Origin: an uncultured virus (IMG/VR IMGVR_UViG_3300007177_000029)
Lineage: Duplodnaviria > Heunggongvirae > Uroviricota > Caudoviricetes > Crassvirales
DNA length: 64,000 bases
IMG/VR virus record: IMGVR_UViG_3300007177_000029
Direction: 5' to 3' (one strand)
In this document: positions 59,845-64,000 of the stretch, piece after piece
Layout of the letters: each line of letters opens with the position of its first letter
Position numbering within the stretch: the stretch's first letter is position 1
Notes under the pieces: model-generated
Database searches by the model: none
The model's input: only the letters and a program-made list of their open reading frames with translations
What the model was told of the DNA's origin: nothing
Position numbers and translations under genes: made by a program

Positions 59845-60624
59845 TTAAACATTTTTTACTTTAACTATTAATGGTATTTCTTTTAATTTTGGTAATTTAA
59901 AGTAATCTATTAAATCATCATTTGTAATCATTTGTAATAAATTTATATTTTCACAAAGTTTATTTATTGCTAATTGATTACATTTAAAATGTTCAATATA
60001 TTTTTTTACAACAGCTTCAAATAATTCTTCTTTTGTTTTTAAATCTTTAAGAATTTTATCAGCTTTAACTTTACCTAATTTTGGAATACCTATAATAGAA
60101 TCAACACTATCACCTGTAAGCAATTGCTTACATTTAAAATATTCTACTTCAAATTGAGTAACATTAACAAAATCACCTAATTTAACTTCTTCAGAATTGT
60201 TAAACTTTTTATACTGATAATTAAAATGTTTACCTTCTTTTTGATATAGTACATCTTTATCAGGAGAACATATAATACATTCATAATTTTTTAAATTATA
60301 AGCGTAATATAAAACTAAATCATCAGCTTCATACTGATTAATTACACAAAAGCCTAAATTATTCATTATAAAATCTTTCAATTTATAAAATAATTTAGGC
60401 TTATTATTATTTCTTCCTGATTTATAATCTTTTGTTTTAGCAATTTTATGCCTAAAATTATTTGAACAGCTTAAAAAAGCAACATATTTATTAGCTTTAG
60501 TAGTTTTTAAAATTATTTCTAATCTTTTATAAATACCTACTTTAGCTTCTTCAAATGTTTGTTCTTTAAAAGCTTCATAGTACAATAAAGCATCCCCATC
60601 AATCAACAGCACTTTTTCCATCAT
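59845..60624 (-). CDS. 5'-3' exonuclease (T7 gp6/FEN-like)
   Basis: LIDGD, YKSGR, EADD, SPDKD, GDSVDSIIGIPKLGKVKA. Confidence 0.9.
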   Translation of the reverse strand: MMEKVLLIDGDALLYYEAFKEQTFEEAKVGIYKRLEIILKTTKANKYVAFLSCSNNFRHKIAKTKDYKSGRNNNKPKLFYKLKDFIMNNLGFCVINQYEADDLVLYYAYNLKNYECIICSPDKDVLYQKEGKHFNYQYKKFNNSEEVKLGDFVNVTQFEVEYFKCKQLLTGDSVDSIIGIPKLGKVKADKILKDLKTKEELFEAVVKKYIEHFKCNQLAINKLCENINLLQMITNDDLIDYFKLPKLKEIPLIVKVKNV

Positions 60625-60632
60625 AAATAATA

Positions 60633-61451
60633 TTATTTAATTAAAGTTTCTGCTTTTATACCATTTAAAAAGTCATTTACAACAGAATCTTTTAAAGAAT
60701 CTAAATCATTAAAATAATTTTTAAAATTAATTGTTTTATCAGATATAAATATACTATTAAAATCTTTTTCTGATAATTCTTCTTTTTTTACAATAAAACT
60801 AGGACATTCATTAATTAATTTTCTATAAAATTTTTTAGATTCATATTTTAATTTTTCATTTGTATATAATTTTATAAAACCGTTATTTATAAAATATTTA
60901 ATATTTTCTGAAATTATATTAGTATTTGAATAATAAGTATCTATTAAATGTTTAAACAAAAATAAACCTGCATATTTTTTTTCTATACCAAAAAAACAAC
61001 AAATACCATTTTGATAATTGTTTTTATTGTAAGTATATATTACACTAGAACTAATTTTTATAAATAAAACATTATTAAAAACAATTGAAAAATTTTTTTT
61101 ATAAATAATTTCTCTTCCAAGAAATTTTTTAATATAATTATTATTTAAATCAAAAAATTTATAGAAAAACTCATTATTAGTTGAATATTGATTAATATTT
61201 AAAAAATTAATTTCTTTAATATTTGCTATGTTTAATGTATTTGTAAAATTTAAATTTTTTAACTCTTTATAAAAATTTTCTTCAAAATTTTTTAAATACT
61301 TTATTTTTTCATTACTGTTTAAATTATTATTATTTACAATACTATTTAAATTATTATGTAAATTATTTATACCTAATAAATTAATAAGAAAATCTAAAGG
61401 TACTATATCTGTAGTGTTTACAGGTAAAAATTCATTATAAATAAGTTTCAT
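60633..61451 (-). CDS. Hypothetical protein
   Basis: 272-aa ORF, extremely AT-rich and N/K/F-rich. Confidence 0.65.
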   Translation of the reverse strand: MKLIYNEFLPVNTTDIVPLDFLINLLGINNLHNNLNSIVNNNNLNSNEKIKYLKNFEENFYKELKNLNFTNTLNIANIKEINFLNINQYSTNNEFFYKFFDLNNNYIKKFLGREIIYKKNFSIVFNNVLFIKISSSVIYTYNKNNYQNGICCFFGIEKKYAGLFLFKHLIDTYYSNTNIISENIKYFINNGFIKLYTNEKLKYESKKFYRKLINECPSFIVKKEELSEKDFNSIFISDKTINFKNYFNDLDSLKDSVVNDFLNGIKAETLIK

Positions 61452-61457
61452 ATTTAG

Positions 61458-62165
61458 TTATTTAAATTCAAACATCATCATAGGTAATGATACTCTAGTA
61501 AAAAATGGTACATCCCTTATTGAAAATTCTGAATAATAGTTAGTAATATAATTATTAAATAAAGAAGTCATCATACTTGCAATCATCATACTACAATGTG
61601 TAGTTGATTTAGCTGTACAATCTTCATCAGGAATAGAATTATCTTCAAATATAGTAGCTCTATATTTTTCTATATCTTCTTCTGTAGGTTTAACAACTAA
61701 TACTTGAAATTCTTCTGCTAATAATCTACCATCAATAAATATACAAGGTTTATTTTCATTACCTTGCATTCTAGTAACGTTAACCCATCTTCCAAAAGCT
61801 ATTTTTCTAGCTTCCATATTATCAAAACACGAAAAAGTAATTGGTAATATAGTACCGCTAGTTCCTGATATTCTAACTTTAGATGTAAAAAAATCTTTTG
61901 TGTTTTCAGGAGATAATATATTAATTAAATTTTTTACAGAATTAACTTTTGGTTTATTAATATCAGAAATAGCTAATAATTGACCTCCTAAATTATGTAA
62001 TTCTACATTATCAAAATCTTGAATAAGTATTTGATGACCTTGTCTTGATAAACTTAGACCTAACCAAGAACCTATACCACCAGCACCAAGTATAGATACA
62101 GACTGTAAATTTTCATACCAAGGTAATCCTTTAAATCTGCCATGTGTTTGTATTATTTTCATCAT
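61458..62165 (-). CDS. ThiF/E1-like adenylyltransferase
   Basis: ILGAGGIGSW, DFDNVELHNLGGQ, CFDNMEARK, IDGRL, and a candidate catalytic Cys in DCTAK. Confidence 0.9.
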   Translation of the reverse strand: MMKIIQTHGRFKGLPWYENLQSVSILGAGGIGSWLGLSLSRQGHQILIQDFDNVELHNLGGQLLAISDINKPKVNSVKNLINILSPENTKDFFTSKVRISGTSGTILPITFSCFDNMEARKIAFGRWVNVTRMQGNENKPCIFIDGRLLAEEFQVLVVKPTEEDIEKYRATIFEDNSIPDEDCTAKSTTHCSMMIASMMTSLFNNYITNYYSEFSIRDVPFFTRVSLPMMMFEFK

Positions 62166-62179
62166 AATTTTTTTAATTT

Positions 62180-62201
62180 AAAAAGGGAGCAAAGCTCCCT
62201 T
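62180..62201 (-). terminator. Intrinsic terminator between JAB and ThiF genes
   Basis: Minus strand aagggagc-ttt-gctccctt-ttt. Confidence 0.65.
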
Positions 62202-62204
62202 ATG

Positions 62205-63569
62205 TTATTTTTCATTTGATTTTAATCTAAATTCTTCTTCTAATATTACATTATCTAATGTATGTTTAATATGAAGAGCTTTTAATTTTAAATTAATTTG
62301 GTTTAATAAATCTGTTTCTTCTTTTACAGATAATTTTTCATCTGTACAAAAATCTTCAAATTGTTCTTCTAAACATTCAATAAATGAGTACATTGAAAAA
62401 GTATCAAAAGAAGTACCATTAATATGTTTATAAAATTCACTAAATTTATAAGTAAATTCCATATTTTCAGGTATATTTTTTAAATCTAAAGCTAAAATAG
62501 CTTCATCTAATGAATCAGATAAAATATTAATAGCACTTGTTTCTTTAGATAATTTACCTTTACTTTTTTTATTTTTAAGTTTAGGAACATAAAAATCATC
62601 GTCATTATCCCAATAATTATGTGTTTTTTTATTATTTAAAAGTTCATTATCTTGAAATAATCTACCGTTACCATAAAAATTATTATTACTTTGATAATTA
62701 TAATCTGGATAAAAAGTATATTTAGATTTTTTCTTTTCTATTTCTTCATATCTTTTTACAAAAGATTCTGGTAGGTTTACTACATCATGTTCTTTATACT
62801 TAATTGTACAATCATAAGTAAACATTGCTTTTTCTTTTAAATCTTTTTTAGTACTATTATTTCCAAAAGTACCATCATCTTTTTTAAATTTTAATACTCT
62901 AGAATAATTTTCTTCTATTTCTCCTTCAAAAGCAATTTTTGCACACCATTTATCAATATCTTGAAAATTTACAATTAATGATAAATAATAATTATATGCA
63001 GTATGATTATCAATTAATTCTTTTGTATCAGTACCAGAAAAGAAACAAGACATACTATGATGCGTGTGAATATGTCCTGTTTTTAATGTTTCATCATTCA
63101 TTAAAGAATTTATTTTATCGAAAACATAATCATCTTCAGTTAAAGCTTTAGATAAAGAATATTCAGTATAAGAAGCAGAACCAATATCCATTAAAATAAT
63201 ATCAATCATTTCAATTACAAATTTTGAAGGGTTTTCTATACTTTCTTTAATTATTTTATAGATTAATACACCACTCCATTCAACTGATTTTACTTTATTA
63301 TGAAGAAAATCTACTTTATCTTTAAATTCTTTACTTATTAAAATTGTTGGTTTTTCTGGTAAAGAAATTTGTTTAATTGTGGGATTTACTACATTGTTAA
63401 AATTATTATTAAATCCTATAGGATTATTAACTTTATAAGGTAAATTTACATCATCATCCAATCTATGTAATAAATTATTTTTACTAGATTTACTTTTTTT
63501 TACTTTTGCTAGTTTATTATCAGCAGTAAAATTTTTAACACTTTTCAATTTTTTTAATATATTTGTCAT
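62205..63569 (-). CDS. JAB/MPN (JAMM) metalloprotease domain protein
   Basis: VEWSGVL...GHIHTHHSMSCFFSGTD, matching E...HxH-x7-S-x2-D; ATG at 63569 preferred to the TTG at 63608. Confidence 0.85.
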   Translation of the reverse strand: MTNILKKLKSVKNFTADNKLAKVKKSKSSKNNLLHRLDDDVNLPYKVNNPIGFNNNFNNVVNPTIKQISLPEKPTILISKEFKDKVDFLHNKVKSVEWSGVLIYKIIKESIENPSKFVIEMIDIILMDIGSASYTEYSLSKALTEDDYVFDKINSLMNDETLKTGHIHTHHSMSCFFSGTDTKELIDNHTAYNYYLSLIVNFQDIDKWCAKIAFEGEIEENYSRVLKFKKDDGTFGNNSTKKDLKEKAMFTYDCTIKYKEHDVVNLPESFVKRYEEIEKKKSKYTFYPDYNYQSNNNFYGNGRLFQDNELLNNKKTHNYWDNDDDFYVPKLKNKKSKGKLSKETSAINILSDSLDEAILALDLKNIPENMEFTYKFSEFYKHINGTSFDTFSMYSFIECLEEQFEDFCTDEKLSVKEETDLLNQINLKLKALHIKHTLDNVILEEEFRLKSNEK

Positions 63570-63999
63570 AAATTTTTTTGTTAAAATAATATTTAATTTT
63601 ATTTTCAATAATAGTTTTTAATGAAGATGGTATTCTTTTTTCTTTAATTTGTTCTAATTTATTATCTTCTAATGTTATAAAAATATCTTTATTTGTTAAA
63701 TCAGTATATAAATACTTGTTTGTTAAATTTACATTATTTGATGAAGACGTTCTTTTTATATACCTTACAATACCTAAATTATCTTTATCTGTAATATAAT
63801 TGTTAGATATTATATCATAATAAAATTCTTCATTTATAATTTCAGCGTTTATGATATTATTATTTAATAAATCAGATTCTACACTAATAGATAAAGTTTT
63901 TTTTATTACATCTTTATTAAATAAACTGTTAGTATTTAATTTTTCAATAATTGATGCAAAACATTCTAAATTTATAGCTTTTTCATCAAGGTCATTATA
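63535..63999 (-). CDS. 3' part of a gene truncated by the window edge
   Basis: Open frame of 154 codons plus stop (YNDLDEKAINLECF...DKYIKKIEKC) overlapping the JAB start. Confidence 0.7.
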   Translation of the reverse strand, partial: YNDLDEKAINLECFASIIEKLNTNSLFNKDVIKKTLSISVESDLLNNNIINAEIINEEFYYDIISNNYITDKDNLGIVRYIKRTSSSNNVNLTNKYLYTDLTNKDIFITLEDNKLEQIKEKRIPSSLKTIIENKIKYYFNKKIYDKYIKKIEKC

Positions 64000-64000
64000 A

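Larger units (their letters stand above)
1..64000. other. crAss-like (Crassvirales-type) bacteriophage genome segment
   Basis: Gene order terL-portal-scaffold-MCP, IHF-like genes, tail tube and muzzle, giant cargo proteins with a DxDxD virion RNAP, and an opposite-strand module with ThiF/JAB; A-rich starts without obvious Shine-Dalgarno sites are typical of Bacteroidota. Confidence 0.92.

Noticed and set aside
62939..63151. 70-aa plus-strand ORF
   Set aside because: Lies antisense to the JAB catalytic region and has no supporting features
1..64000. Stop-codon reassignment as seen in some crAss-like phages
   Set aside because: All large genes are uninterrupted under the standard code; TAG and TGA end genes at sensible places, including tandem TAG TAG and ATGA overlaps

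Overview
The window is a very AT-rich segment of a crAss-like (Crassvirales, phi14:2-type) podophage genome, most likely infecting a Bacteroidota host; the standard genetic code fits throughout. Bases 1-1690 form a largely non-coding control region with four copies of a 20-bp motif, several minus-strand terminators and several structured elements. Bases 1687-56690 (+ strand) hold the virion module: HTH and IHF-like proteins, a GroES-like co-chaperonin, terminase, portal, scaffold, major and auxiliary capsid proteins, tail ring/fibre genes, a lysis cassette with a GH19 endolysin, tail tube and muzzle, and five cargo (ejection) proteins including a 2523-aa virion RNA polymerase with a DFDID motif. 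After a bidirectional terminator, bases 56833-64000 (- strand) hold the end of the replication/metabolism module: spore photoproduct lyase, methylglyoxal synthase, HNH nuclease, a degenerate UDG, a 5'-3' exonuclease, and ThiF/E1 plus JAB/MPN proteins. The most striking observation is that the three giant abutting cargo proteins (about 6,700 aa in total) appear to contain only four cysteines, all at the facing termini within shared motifs, suggesting a head-to-tail docking or disulfide chain. Other leads are a motif/terminator array that may encode small RNAs, and two isolated H-type pseudoknots. All protein calls come from motif recognition and synteny by eye; no database search was run.
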